From: Lama glama
Lineage: Eukaryota
Reading direction: 5' to 3'
Assembly: GCA_028534125.1 (NCBI GenBank)
Contig: CM052817.1
Location: 3,908,001-3,972,000 of the forward strand
DNA length: 64,000 bases
Shown here piece by piece: positions 36,642 to 49,539 of this stretch. The notes under the pieces were generated by a model that saw nothing but the letters and a program-made list of their open reading frames with translations, was not told the origin of the DNA and searched no databases. The first letter of the stretch is position 1, and the number at the start of each line of letters is the position of its first letter. Made by a program: the position numbers and the translations under genes.

Positions 36642-37344
36642 ATAATGTTTGGCCAAACTTAATCTGAGGGAACCCTAGCAGGCTTGGTTGAGAAAGCTTC
36701 TCCAGCAGGGATTTGTGGTGGTTTCTGTGTGGCTCAAACCCCCTGACCAGGTTGAGAGCAATTTCATACTTACAGAGTCAAAGGATTTAACAAAAATCTT
36801 GAATGTGTATTTTTATTAATTTTGAGACAGGCTGGGCCCTGGGCCCTTGGACCCTGGGCTACAATGCTTGCACCAGGACCGAGCACCAGAATACAAAGAA
36901 ACTGTACGGGAATAAAAATAACTATAAGCGCAATTGGGGCAAGTTATGAACAAGATACAAAAAGACCAAAATCCCAGCTGCCAGTCTGAGGTGATCCTCT
37001 GGCCCAACACCTGGATCCACCCCTACCCTCACCCCTCAGGGAGCTAGCAAGGCAACCTGTTACTTGTTTTCCCTCCCTCATGGTCAGCAACAGTTTTTTT
37101 TTTTTCCCACCAGAAACCATAGCCAGAACACACAGACTAGATTCCTTTTGGTACCTTTGCACAGGTTAGAACATTTTCAGTGACAGGGTAGGCAGAGCCT
37201 GTCCAAGACCTAGTCTCCCATCCTTTGTGTTTCTTCTGTTTGTAACTCTGGATTTGACCTTTGTTCACCTATCTGGTTTTAGTGTTCAGTTCCCTCCTAG
37301 CCCCCCTTAGGGACTTCATTTGCATTCTTGCAAGCTCTGCAATG

Positions 37345-38939
37345 TATTTGTTTATTTATTCATTTATCAACTTAAAAATTGATTTACAATGTTGTGTTAG
37401 TTTCAGGTGTACAGTGAAGTGATTCAGTTATATATATATACATATATATATTTCAGATTCCTTTCTATTATAGGTTATTACAAGATATTGAATATAGTTC
37501 CACGTGCTACACAGTAGGTCCTTGTTATTTATCTATTTTATATACAGTAGTTAGTATCTGCGAATCCCGAAATGCCAATTTATCCCTCAACCTCCCTTTC
37601 CCCCCAGGTAACCATAGTTTGTTTTCTATGTCTGTGAGTCCATTTGTGTTTTGTGAATAAGTTCATTTGTGTCTTTTTTTTTTTGGATTCCACATGTAAG
37701 TGATATATGATATTTTCCTTTCTCTTTCTGGGTTACTTCACTTAGAATGGCAATCTCCAGGTCTATCCATGTTTCTGCAAATGGAATTATTTTCTTCTTG
37801 TCTTTAATGGCTGAGTAGCACATATATACCTCAACTTCTTTATGAAATCATCTGCTGATGGACATTCAGGTTGCTTTCACGTCTTGGCTATTGTAAATAG
37901 TGTGGTTATGAACATTGGGGTGCATTTATCTTTTCTAATTAGAGTTTCCTGCAGATATATGCCCAGAAGTGGGATTCCTGGATCATATGGTAAATCTATA
38001 AGTTGTCTTTTCATTTTGTTTATGGTTTCCTTTGCTCTGCAAAAGCTTATAAGTTTAACTAGTTCCCATCTGTTTATCTTTGCTTTTATTTCTATTGCCT
38101 TGGTAGACTGACCTAAGAAAATACTGTTACGATTTGTCAGAGAATTTTTTGCCTGTGTTCTCTTGTAGGAGTTTTATGGTGTCATGTCTTACATCTAAGT
38201 CTTCAAGCCATTTTTCAGTTTATTTTTGTTTATGGTATGAGAGAGTATTCTAACTTCATTGATTTACATGCAGCTGTCCAACTTTCCCAACACCAGGTGC
38301 TGAAGAGACTGTCTTTTCTCCACTCTATATTCTTGCTTCCTTCATTAAAGACTAATTGACCATAGGTGTATGGGTTTATTTTGGGGCTCTCTATTCTGTT
38401 CTGTTGATCCATATGTCTGTTTTTGTGCCAATATCATGTTGTTTTGATCACTGTAGTTTTGTAGTATTGTCTGAAGTCTGAGAGGGTTATTCATCCAGCT
38501 TCATTCTTTCTCTTCAATATTGCTTTGGCAATTCTGGGTCTTTTGTGAGTCCATATAAATTTTAGGATTATTTGTTCCAGTTCTGTGAAAAATGTGCTGG
38601 GTAATTTGATAGGGATCGCAGTAAATCTGTAGACTGCTTTGGGTAGTGTGGCCATTTTAACAATGTTAATTCTTCCAATCCCAGGGCATGGAATATCTTT
38701 CCATTTCTTTAAATCATCTTTAATTTCCTTAATCAAAATTTTATAGTTCTCCACGTATAAGTCTTTCACTTCCTTGATCAGGTTTACTCTTAAGTATTTT
38801 GTTTTTTTTTCTTTCTCTGATGAAACCTTAAAAGGGATTGGTTTTTCTTTTTTTACTTTTTTCCTGATATTTAATTGTTAGTGTAAAGAAATGCAACAGA
38901 TTTCTATATGTTAATCTTATATCCTCCCAATTTGGTGAA
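37345..38939 (-). mobile_element. L1 3' portion (ORF2 distal part and 3'UTR), with internal deletion near 38000
   Basis: Track ORFs 38491-38769 ([25 protein letters not shown]...GRINIVKM) and 38230-38412 are L1 ORF2; T-rich tail at ~37345-37370. Confidence 0.9.
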
Positions 38940-41216
38940 GGAGCCTGGGTCTACTGTAGAAGTTTCCACTGCTGGCACATGTGAAGGGAGGAGAGCAATG
39001 CAGCCAGCCACAGCCGCCTTCTCCGCTAGTCCAGAGGGCATTGCTTGGCATCATTGTCAGTGTACTCTTGCAGGGGGAGGGGCGGGATCCAGACCTAGCA
39101 GTCTCCTTAGCTGGCTCTGAAGAGGCACAATTGCTGGTGAGTGGCTTCTGGGCAGAGGCAGGGCTGAAAGCTGAACCCATTCCCAGAGGCTGCACCACTT
39201 TGAAAGTGGGGCTGAGATTTGAGCCCAGGCCCAGGTGGCTGTGACACATTTGCTCCGCTGGTGCCTTTGTTGAATCGGTGTCTCTAGGACATACAAGCTG
39301 AGTACTGGTGTGTGGCAGGGGTGGGTCTGGCATTAACACTGGGTGTGCTTGTGCAAAGGTGGGGCTGGAGCCTGGGTAGACCACTGTGGATCCAGTGCCT
39401 GACAGGACGCAGACAACAGTGGACCCTGGTGTCTGACACTGGTGGATCTGCACTGGTGGCTTTGTGGGTGTGGAGCCTGGAGGACACCAGGGCGGGTTGC
39501 CAGCATTCCTGCAGCTTGAGGTGGGGACAAGGGCAGCATCAACAAGTGTATTTTGTAAGCCTGCACATAGAGTAACAGGCGACACCACAAAGGACACCTC
39601 CCTGTGGACATCAGCTGTGGAAGAATGCTCAGAGGCTCCTCTCCCAGCAGAAGCACCCCAGTCCTGCCTACCTCACAAGGCAGCTCAGAAATGGATCTGG
39701 GGGCCTCTATTCCAACAACAGAGGAGCAGACCCAGCTCCTGACTGGGCTGTGATAGCCACAGAGCAGAGAGGAGGCCCCACTTAACATCCAGGGCAGACT
39801 CTGGTCACCATAGCACTGATCACCCCCCAATCAACGACCAGCACACGTGGAGGAAAGAAGTGACAACCATCCATACTAAAAACGGCCCTTCCAGCAAGAA
39901 GAGCAGACACACACAGTCTACACAGAGGTGCTCCCCTGTGAAACAGCCCTTCAAGAGCACAGGGGTGACTTACTCCTCAATTCAGCGTCAGAGAGAGAGA
40001 GAAGAAAATGAAGAAGCGGGGGTACCACCCCCACATAAAGGAACAAGAGAAACTCCCTGAAAGTGCGAACAGTGAGACAGACCTCTGCAGTCTGCCGGAA
40101 CCTGAGTGCAAAAAGGAAGGGATAAAAGCACTAAAGGAAATAAGAGAGGCTGCGGACAGAAATGGAGAATACTATAAAAAGGAAGCAGAAACTGTAAGTG
40201 AGCCAATTAAAATCAGAAAACTCAACTGCTGAGATAGAAGCTGAGCTAAAGGCAATCAATAGCAAACCAAACAATGCGGAGGAATGAGTGAACCATTTGG
40301 AAGACAGAGTAACGGAAGTCACTCAGTCAGAACAGGAGTCCGAAAAACAAATTAAAAAAAGATGAAAGCAATATAAGGGACCTTTGGGATAATGTGAAGC
40401 ATGCCAATTTATGCATAATAGGGGTCCCAGAAGGAGAAGAAAGAGAAAAGGGGATTGAAAACATATCTGAAGAAATTATGACCGAAAAATTCCCCAACAT
40501 AAAGAAGGAAACAGATATCAAAATACAGGAAGCATAGAGGGTCTCAAACAAGAAGAACCTAAACAGACTTCCATGAAGACATATTATAATTAAGATGGTC
40601 AAAGTTAAAGGTAAAGAAAAGATGCTAAAGGCAGCAAGAGAAAAACACAGTTAGTTACAAGGGAACCCCCAGAAAGCTCTCAGCTGGCTTCTCTACAGAA
40701 ACATTGCTGGTCAGAAGGGAGTGGCAAGATATATCCGAAGTCCTGAAAGAGAAAAGCCTCAGATACTCTACCCAGCGAGGCTATCACTTAGAATAGAAGG
40801 AGAGAGAGACGGTTTCTCAGGCAAGCAAAGCTAAAAGAAGGCAGCAGTACTCAACGTATCCTAAAGGAAATCTTGGAAGATCTTCTCTAAATAGAAAAGA
40901 AACAGGACTCTGTAGAAAAGAGGAAATCACAATGGGAAATGCGGTAACTACCACGGACAGCAAAGGAATTAAGCGTGAGTATGTGAAAGAGGGTGGCCAA
41001 TTGTACAGTGTTGGAGAGGGGAGCAAGAAAATGAAGATTTGTTGGTTTGTTTGTTTTAGGATGTGTTTGAGCCTATATGATTACCAGTCTAAAGTAAATA
41101 GATATAGTAATGGGTTAAACATACTAAAAACAGGGTAACGACAATTCAAAAGCATAGAATAGAGTCACAAAAATCAGAAAGAAAAATCAAGCTAATACAA
41201 AGAAAATTATCAAAAC
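38940..41216 (+). mobile_element. L1 5' portion: GC-rich 5'UTR, degenerate ORF1 (~40008-40890), inter-ORF region
   Basis: ORF1 remnants (MKKRGYHPHIKEQEKLPE...; ATAATAGGGGTCCCAGAAGGAGAAGAAAGAGAAAAGGGG; CAGAAGGGAGTGGCAAGATATAT). Confidence 0.85.
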
Positions 41217-41472
41217 ACCCTTGTTCCTGTATCAGCTTTTATTCCCCTTAACACCCAGCTCCCTCGCTTCCCTGCAGGATTCCAGATGACCATGCGTGAG
41301 AGCAGTTTGATAGCCATCCCCCAGGGCTGTTGCTCTGCTCACCCAGAGGTGCCTGAAAGGTGTGCACCATCAGGACCTCGGGTTAGTAGTCACTGGGGGT
41401 GGGGCCCTGCCACATCCCAGGACTCAGTGCAGATGAAGCTTCCATTTCTCCCTGGTCACACAGAACCTTATG
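41217..41472 (+). repeat. Left arm of 256-bp inverted duplication
   Basis: Reverse complement of 41996-42251 with 4 mismatches. Confidence 0.95.
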
Positions 41473-41972
41473 NNNNNNNNNNNNNNNNNNNNNNNNNNNN
41501 NNNNNNNNNNNNNNNNNNNNNNNNNNNNNNNNNNNNNNNNNNNNNNNNNNNNNNNNNNNNNNNNNNNNNNNNNNNNNNNNNNNNNNNNNNNNNNNNNNNN
41601 NNNNNNNNNNNNNNNNNNNNNNNNNNNNNNNNNNNNNNNNNNNNNNNNNNNNNNNNNNNNNNNNNNNNNNNNNNNNNNNNNNNNNNNNNNNNNNNNNNNN
41701 NNNNNNNNNNNNNNNNNNNNNNNNNNNNNNNNNNNNNNNNNNNNNNNNNNNNNNNNNNNNNNNNNNNNNNNNNNNNNNNNNNNNNNNNNNNNNNNNNNNN
41801 NNNNNNNNNNNNNNNNNNNNNNNNNNNNNNNNNNNNNNNNNNNNNNNNNNNNNNNNNNNNNNNNNNNNNNNNNNNNNNNNNNNNNNNNNNNNNNNNNNNN
41901 NNNNNNNNNNNNNNNNNNNNNNNNNNNNNNNNNNNNNNNNNNNNNNNNNNNNNNNNNNNNNNNNNNNNNNNN
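41473..41972. other. Assembly gap (500 N, probably a fixed-size placeholder)
   Basis: Run of exactly 500 N. Confidence 0.99.
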
Positions 41973-41995
41973 AGGAGGGCCCCCCAGAGCCTGGT

Positions 41996-42251
41996 CATAA
42001 GGTTCTGTGTGACCAGGGAGAAATGGAAGCTTCATCTGCACTGAGTCCTGGGATGTGGCAGGGCCCCACCCCCAGTGACTACTAACCCGAGGTCCTGATG
42101 GTGCACACCTTTCAGGCACCTCTGGGTGAGCAGAGCAACAGCCCTGGGGGATGGCTATCAAACTGCTCTCATGCATGGTCATCTGGAATCCTGCAGGGAA
42201 GCGAGGGAGCTGGGTGTTAAGGGGAATAAAATCTGATATGGGAACAAGGGT
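41996..42251 (-). repeat. Right arm of 256-bp inverted duplication
   Basis: Reverse complement of 41217-41472. Confidence 0.95.
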
Positions 42252-43677
42252 CACTTTAGCTGCACCTGCCACAAAACCATCCAACACTGTCACCTGCCCC
42301 CCACAGGGTAGCAGGGCTGAGATGCCAGCACTGAGTCCTCAGAGTGTGCACCTCTGAGGAGAAGTGATCATCCTGACCCACGGCTTCTGTTGGGTCTGAA
42401 TAATTAACTGCAAACTATCCAGTGATCTGGGATGATTTTTCTGTTAAATGTCTGCCCAAACTGCTCTCCCTCTTCTGTGCCGAGGATGCTATTCCCTGAG
42501 TGCCACATGTCAGCCTGCTGCAGCCATAAATGTCATTGGCTGGTTCTGGGAACAGATGAAGCCATGGCCAGCCGGGCCTTGACTGTGGGTGTGGGGCTAG
42601 AGTCGGGCCCTTCTGTCCAGCAGATGCTGTTGGACACCCCGGTGGGCGACAAGACCAGCTCTCAGGACTGGCCAGGGAGTCTCTGTTGGGGTCCAAGGAG
42701 CCTCCTGAAATCCCCCCGAGGAGAACCACACGAGCACCTGCATGAGTACATGGGCTCGTGTGTGTTATCGCCATCGACCCTGTGGCCCTTGGAGGCGTTC
42801 CTTGACTAGACAGATTGCCTTTGGCCCTGGGCTTGCTGCTAGCGAAAAGAATCCATGGGGGAAAATTACATGATCCTGGTCCTGGAGAGGAAGGCAAGGC
42901 CACTGACCCATTTCACAGATGAGGAAACTGAGTCTTAGGGTGGCAGAGGAGCCGCACTCCTACCCTGCCTCTGTGGCCAGCGGTCTGCCCATGAATGCTG
43001 AGACACTGGCCTTCAGAGCGGACTCAAGGCATCATTTCCAGGTTCTCCCAGCGGCCAGTTCTGGGAGGTGGGCTGAGTGACTCCGGCTTCTTTGTCTTGT
43101 TGGCCCTGGAGCCCAGCATGGGGCTGGCACATAGCAAGTGCTCAGAAATCACTTTTTGATGAATACATAAGGAACCAGAAATTGAGGGGGATTTGGCCTG
43201 AAAACGAGATGGCTGGGGACCACCTCCGTCCTTCGGGTCTGAAGGGCTGCCTGAGCAATAAGGATGAGCATTGGGGGTTGGGGGAGGACAGACGGGACAT
43301 GGTATTTCCCTCCAGGTAAGAATGACGCTCCTGCCTTCAGAGCTTCTCAGCGCTGGAACCAGTGAGCCGGGCCAAGCCTCAGCCTGCTGAGCCCACTGGC
43401 GAGCTGAATGTGGGGAAAAAAAGAAGACGGCCAAGCTGGACTCCGGGGGTGGGGCCTGAGGAAAAGACCAGCTGAGAGAGTGGGGATGCTGGTGAGAAAG
43501 AAGAGTTGGGAGAAGAACCGAGACTCCCTCTGTGGTCACTTCAGATTGTGATGCCTGGTGTCGCCATCTAAGGCAGTGTCAAGTCCCAAGTGGGGAAGGA
43601 AGCCAGGAGCTCGGGGACAAGGGCTGGGCCTCGGTTTCCTCAGCTGTCATGGAATTCCTCAGCTGGCTCTGGGTGCA

Positions 43678-44190
43678 CTGAATAATATTCCATTGTCTGG
43701 ACATATCCCCACATTTTATTTATCCAGTCAGTAGTTGATGGACATTCGTGCTTCCATTTTTTGGCCATTATCAATAATTCTGCCATGAACGTCTGCGCAC
43801 AAGTTCTTGTTTGGACAAGTGTTTTTGGTTCTCTGGGGTTCATACCTAGGAGTGGAGTTTCTGGGTCATAGATAATGTAACATTTACCATTTTGAAAACC
43901 TTTACCAAACTCTTTTCTTAACGGCTGTGCCATTTTAAATTCCCGGCAGCAGTGTCTGAAGGCTCCATTTTCTCCTCATCCTCACCAACACGTATTATTT
44001 TTCTTGCTTTGATTTTCGCCATCACAGGAGGTATTATGTCTCTCGCTGGGGTTGGGGTTTGCATTTCCCTGATGACCAATGACGTTAAACAATTTTTATG
44101 GGCTGTTGACCATTTGTCTTCTCTGGAGAAATGTCTGTTCAAGTCCTTCGTCCGTTTTTTAATTGGGTTGTCTTTTGTTTTTATTATCTG
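43678..44190 (-). mobile_element. L1M fragment
   Basis: TGAATAATATTCCATTG...CATACCTAGGAGTGGA...GGAGAAATGTCTGTTCAAGTCC. Confidence 0.8.
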
Positions 44191-45533
44191 CTTTTATACT
44201 TGAAGACAAGGATCAGAGAGGGTGCTTGCCCCCAGCCACACAGCCGGAAGGAGGGAATACAGCGTCTGAAGCCCAGTGGGCCTGACTCAAGCCCTGTGCC
44301 CCTTCTACGTGTACATGGGGGACTGGTGGTTGGGGCCGGGCCAGGCCCCTACTCTGGGGATCCCCGTGAGCTTCCTACCCAGTTGCTTGGGGATGTATCT
44401 ATGACCTCTGTGGTTCTCATCTGGGCATCTCTGGGGATGTGACCAGGAGGTCCTCAAGTCACTCTCTGAGAAACACAGGTTTCTGGTTGGCCACAGGGCA
44501 TGTGGTTCTTGACCAAGAACATGTGGCCCTGGGTATGCCCTGGGCTTGAGAGCAGAGAATCCTGGGTCCACCCTGCAAGGCTGCCGTGTGGCCATGGGCC
44601 ACCCCCTCTCTGAGCCTCCGTTTCCTTACCTCTGCAGTGGTGAGAGAGGGACGGGATTGGGTGTTGCTTAGAAAGCCATTAGGAATGACCGGGGGACACT
44701 CCCTGTTTTCACACGTCTGTCTGTCTGTCTCCCTCCTGGATCGAGATCCTCCAAGGCAGCAGAGCTGGCTCCACTGCGAGAGATGGGCCAAGTGGAAGAG
44801 GCCCCAAGGGAAACCTCTGACACCCCCGATGACTGACTCATCAGGGATATCCTATAGCATCAGAAACACGGGCCCCCAGGGGCCACCTGGTCCCTCTGTT
44901 CACGGTGCTGAGAGCTCCCACCGTTGACTGTTGGACCTGCACTTGCACAGAACTCAATGCTCTGCCTGCCTCCTACACCCAGTGCCCCATCTCAGGCCCC
45001 AGGAACACAGGGCGGGAGTGGTTGAGGAGGCGCGAGGGGATGCCGGGGCGGGCAATCCCGGAGGAGCTCCGAGGCAGATGCAGTGGGGCAGTACGAGGGC
45101 TTGGGACCCTCAGAGTGGGGTCCTTTCGCACCTGCCCCCAAATGCTGGCTGCGGGGTCAAGTCACCTCCCCAGCCTCAGGGCCTGGTCTCCAGAGAAAGG
45201 GTCAGCAGTGATGGGGAGAGCTCCAAGCATGCTTGGGGGTGCGTTCACTGTGAACGGTTGTTAAAAGGATAAGCAGCCGCTCTCTGGGATGCAGCTGGCT
45301 TTGCCTGCAAAGAGGGATGGTTCTCCCCAGATGGATGTGGGTTTGCTGCAGCTCCGCTGTCCATACAAGAAGTCCTTTGCATGGTCCTCTTTGTAGGCTG
45401 CAGAGCGGATGGTCCTGGAGCTCCCAGAGTCCCCCAGGCCAGGGTTCTGGGGCTGTATTGGGGGCGGAGGGCAGCTGGGAGCCCGCTGAAGTGGATCCTG
45501 AGGACCCCTGCCAGAAAAAGGTATCTCCAAAGC

Positions 45534-45926
45534 TGATATGAGTTGAATTACGTCCCCCCCAAAATATACGGTTAAGTCCCAACCCCCGGTACCTCAGAAA
45601 GTGACCTCATTTTGATACAGGGTCATTGCAGATGTAATTAGTTAAGATGCAGTCAGGCTGGATTAGGGTGGAGCCAATCTGATGTGACCAGTGTCCTGAT
45701 CAGAAGAGGTGCACAAGCAAAAGGCCATGTGACAGCGGAGGCAGTGGTCAGTCAAAAGGCTGCAGCCACAGGGTGAGGAAGCAGAGGGCTGCCGAGGGGC
45801 AGGTCCGGAAGGACCCTCCCGACAGGTCCCAGGAGGAGCGTGGCCCACCGACACCTCAGCTTCAGACTTCTAGACTCCAGAGCTGTGTGCCACTACTTGG
45901 TTACGGCAGCCTTAGGAAGCTGACAC
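45534..45926 (+). mobile_element. MLT1B/C-like LTR
   Basis: TGATATGAGTTGAATT...GGGTCATTGCAGATGTAATTAGTTAAGATG...GTTACGGCAGCCTTAGGAAGCTGACACA. Confidence 0.75.
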
Positions 45927-46530
45927 AAATGCCCACTCAGGTCGGGCGCCCAGTAGGTTGATAAATGTTTGCTGAAGGAATGATGTGTACCGAGCGCCTC
46001 CTGCAGAACAGGCCCGGGACTGAGGATCTGCTGAGAGCTGAACCTTCTGCGTTCACTCCTCGCTGGGCACGGCACTCTGGGAAGCACCTCAGGGCAGCCA
46101 TTCACTTCAACCACAAGGTGGCGCTCTGAGGCCAGCACTAGCGCTGTTCTCGTTTTCCCGCAGACCAGGAGAGTGACGAGCCACCGGCCAGGGTCGCGTG
46201 AGCAGCCCTAAGTCCAGAGCCTTGTCCAGCCAACACCACAGTACTGCCTCCTAGCCGATTGCACGTCATACAGTAGGTGCCCAATAGATGCTCCAGCTCT
46301 ATATGTGTTCACTGCTTTTCCCCAGCGGTGCTGAGAAGGCTGTGGGATTCTGTAAGAGTCCTTGGTTTTCAAGTAAGAGAAGGGTTTTGCTTTCTCACCA
46401 CAGGCTGCCGCAGCCTCTAGTTTGCTGCCTGAGATCCAGTGAATAAGGGCTGATTTAATTCTACCTTTGAAATTGTCACTTCCTCCAAGAGGCCTCCCCC
46501 GAGCAGCCCCCATCTGTGTCAGTATCCTCT

Positions 46531-46963
46531 TGTAGCTTGAGTCGTGTCCTCCCAAAGAGATACGCTGAGGTCCTAACCCCTGGTAGCTTTGAGTATGACC
46601 TCAACTGGAAATGGGGTCTTTGCAGATGGAGCCAATTCAGGGTGGGCCCTGTTCCAACGTGAGGTGGATAAGGTATCCTTCTAAGGGGCACAGAGACCCA
46701 CAGGAAAATGCCACATAATGACAGAGGCAGAGATTACAGTGGTGCATTTACAAGCCAGGGAACGCCACGCCTTGTCGACAGCCACCGGATGTCGAGGGAG
46801 ACCTGGAAGAGACCTTCCCTGGGCCTCCAGAGACAGCGCAGCCCCGCAAACACCTTGATCTCAGACTTCTGGCCTCCAAAACTACGAGAGGATAAATTTC
46901 TGGTGTTTTAAGCCACCCGGTTTGTGGTCCTTTGTTAGAGCAGCCCCAGGAAATGAAAATATA
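46531..46963 (+). mobile_element. MLT1C-like LTR
   Basis: GGTCCTAACCCCTGGTA...GGGGTCTTTGCAGATG...CACCTTGATCTCAGACTTCTGGCCTCCA...TTTAAGCCACCCGGTTTGTGG...GCAGCCCCAGGAAA. Confidence 0.8.
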
Positions 46964-49044
46964 CCCCAAGTGGCCTGTGCTCATCCTGTTCCACCTCCCA
47001 CCCAGCATATTCTAGAGCTCAGCTGTTGGACCTTCCATCGGAGTTCAGATGACACGGACACCCTCCCCTCCATGTGTTACATCCCTGTGTTTGCAGGGCA
47101 AGGAGGTGCAGTTCTAGAAAAATCAACGTCTCTGGAGTCAGACAGTAGTGGGTTTGGGGCCCCCCAGGTACATCTCAAGCCACCTCTTCCATAAAAGTGG
47201 CCACATTGGTACTGCCTTGAGAGATGTGAGGATTAAGTGGGACAGATGTGCAAACACCTGGACAATACCCGATTCTACCTGGTCATCAATAAATGCTTCT
47301 TGAATTGACTTGAATAGAATAACAAATCCCTTGGGTGGGGCAGTGCATTCAATAGATAAAATTAAATGTCTGTTAATTTCATAGGCTCACAAAATTGAAA
47401 AGATTAATTGCACAGTATTTTAATCTGCTATTTACACAGATTGGAAAAGAATAGCTCCATTATACCAGGTTTTGTACTTTCTAAAAAGAAAAAAAAAAGC
47501 CAAAGGGAGGTAAGTTATTTTTTCTTTACATGAAATTAATCCACCACTCATTGACATGGTCCTGCATTTGTGTTCCTCAGCCTCCTAAATACGAGGAGCC
47601 CAATTTATCCACCGCATCTGCATTTGAACATTTTTAGAATGCCTTCAAATTAGTGTTGTTATGATTTATTTTCACCAGAGATTTGCAAAATATTTACCTA
47701 AGCTATTATGTACTGCAGGTGAGTCATTCAGGGAATGGATGGGTGGTGTCTGCAGAGTGGGTGCTGCCCTACAAAACTAAGCAGGTAGGGAAGAGACGGG
47801 GCATGCGGATGCAAGCCTCCTCCCTCCAGGGGAGCCCTTCCCGCCCCGCCAGGGCTTCCCCTGTGTTTAGCCTCCCCTGAATCTGCATTGCCCAGAGAAG
47901 AAAGCTGAAGCTCTTTGACTTGGCTGGGGTGCCCTTTATGAACTGGCCCAGCCTCGTCCACTTTCACGATGCACCTGCCCCTTCATGCTCACCTTGCTTA
48001 CTCCACTCCGGTGATAAGTGGCTTGTAGCCGCATAAACAGGCATCCGTCTGCTCAGCCTGGGTACCATCGCCCCTCCCTCCAAATTCTTGTCCATCCTCC
48101 CATTTCTTAGGAAGCCTCTCTTTTGCTCACCTCCCTGCCTCCTCCCCATCTATGAGGGTCCCTCTGGGCTCACCCAGCCTCCACTCCACAGATCCTGGAA
48201 GGCAAAAACTCTTTGGACAGACCCCATCCCATCCCAGTGCCTGTTTGTTCCACCGAACTGAAAAATGAGGACTCCAGTGATGCACTTATTCACTAATATC
48301 TGAGGTCCTCAAAATAGGACATGCTTTTTAATGAAAGTTTACTAAATATTTGTGAATGAATGAATGAGTAAGTGGGCAAGTGAGTTCACGAATCAGGTAT
48401 TCTCCTCTGGAAGATTTTCTAGCCCTGAGATGTAACCAAATTACACTAAATACAGTTAAGTCTTTGTAAAACCTTCAGGTTGAGAGCAAATTTAATTACA
48501 TTATTTTAAAAATTCCCAAAGATGCAATAAAGTGCAGTGAAGTCCTTTCTATACTCCTGACATGACCACCTAATACTGTTAAATCAGAATTTTATAAAGC
48601 GTAGTTTTATTGGATCTGATTTCGCTGGACTTTTTCATAAGATGACACATTTGTTTTGAACTGAAGGGAATGAAACTGCAGCCTACAGCTCTTAGGCACT
48701 TACCACTGGTCAAGAACATGCTGGGCATTTTTATACACATTCTATTACCGTCGGGGATGCTGGGCCCAAGTGATGCTTCATCCTCAATGTCTTCCTCAAC
48801 AGTCATCACCGTGACCATCACCACCAACCTCAGGAAGTGTCAGTCACCACATGGGTGAAGTCCTCCCTTATCAGCTGTGTGACTTTGGGCAGGTTAATAC
48901 ACCTCTCTGAGGGGTCTAGTCGGGATCCTGAAAACAAGGCGACCTTTGTGCTTCCTTTCCGCTTCCCCACTCCCAAGTCCTGCAAGTACATGCCAGATAC
49001 TCCGTGTGGTCCCTTTGCTCTGAGTTGTCAGGGAAAGGAAGATG

Positions 49045-49061
49045 GGAGAGAGAGAGAGAGA

Positions 49062-49092
<31 letters not shown>
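49045..49092. repeat. (GA)n microsatellite
   Basis: About 24 GA units with one GG interruption. Confidence 0.95.
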
Positions 49093-49096
<4 letters not shown>

Positions 49097-49539
49097 TCTA
49101 ATTAACTTACTGTCAACCCAGAAGATCAGCTGCATTACAGGACATAGATGTAGGGGCACCTGTTTCAAAACCAACCTCATAAAGACAGATGACAAAGTCC
49201 CTCCCAGGATGGGGAGATGACAAAAGTCACTGAGAGTAGGCTCCAGGGAGAGACCCTTTCCCTGTTGGTGGCTGTTGGGGTCACCCCACGTCATTCACTG
49301 GCTTTCACACAACCTGAAAGCTCACTGGGCTCAGCAGGTGTCCAGTGTGCAAGAGAAAGATCCTCGTGCTCGGGGGGGCTCCCCTATTGCCCCCACTTCC
49401 TGGATTCCCCTGGGCTCTGCCTTGGAACCCACACCAAGGGTGTCACTTCTTACAGTCCCCTTTGCAAACTGCTGTCCTCATTCATATTCCACAGCACATC
49501 CAGTGAATCATTTCCACCTCACTTGTGTTTTAAATCTTC

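Noticed and set aside
38917..39830. 226-aa and 165-aa minus-strand ORFs
   Set aside because: Lie antisense within a GC-rich L1 5'UTR; no protein homology recognised.
41286..42293. Long ORFs spanning the N run
   Set aside because: Artefacts of translating the assembly gap.
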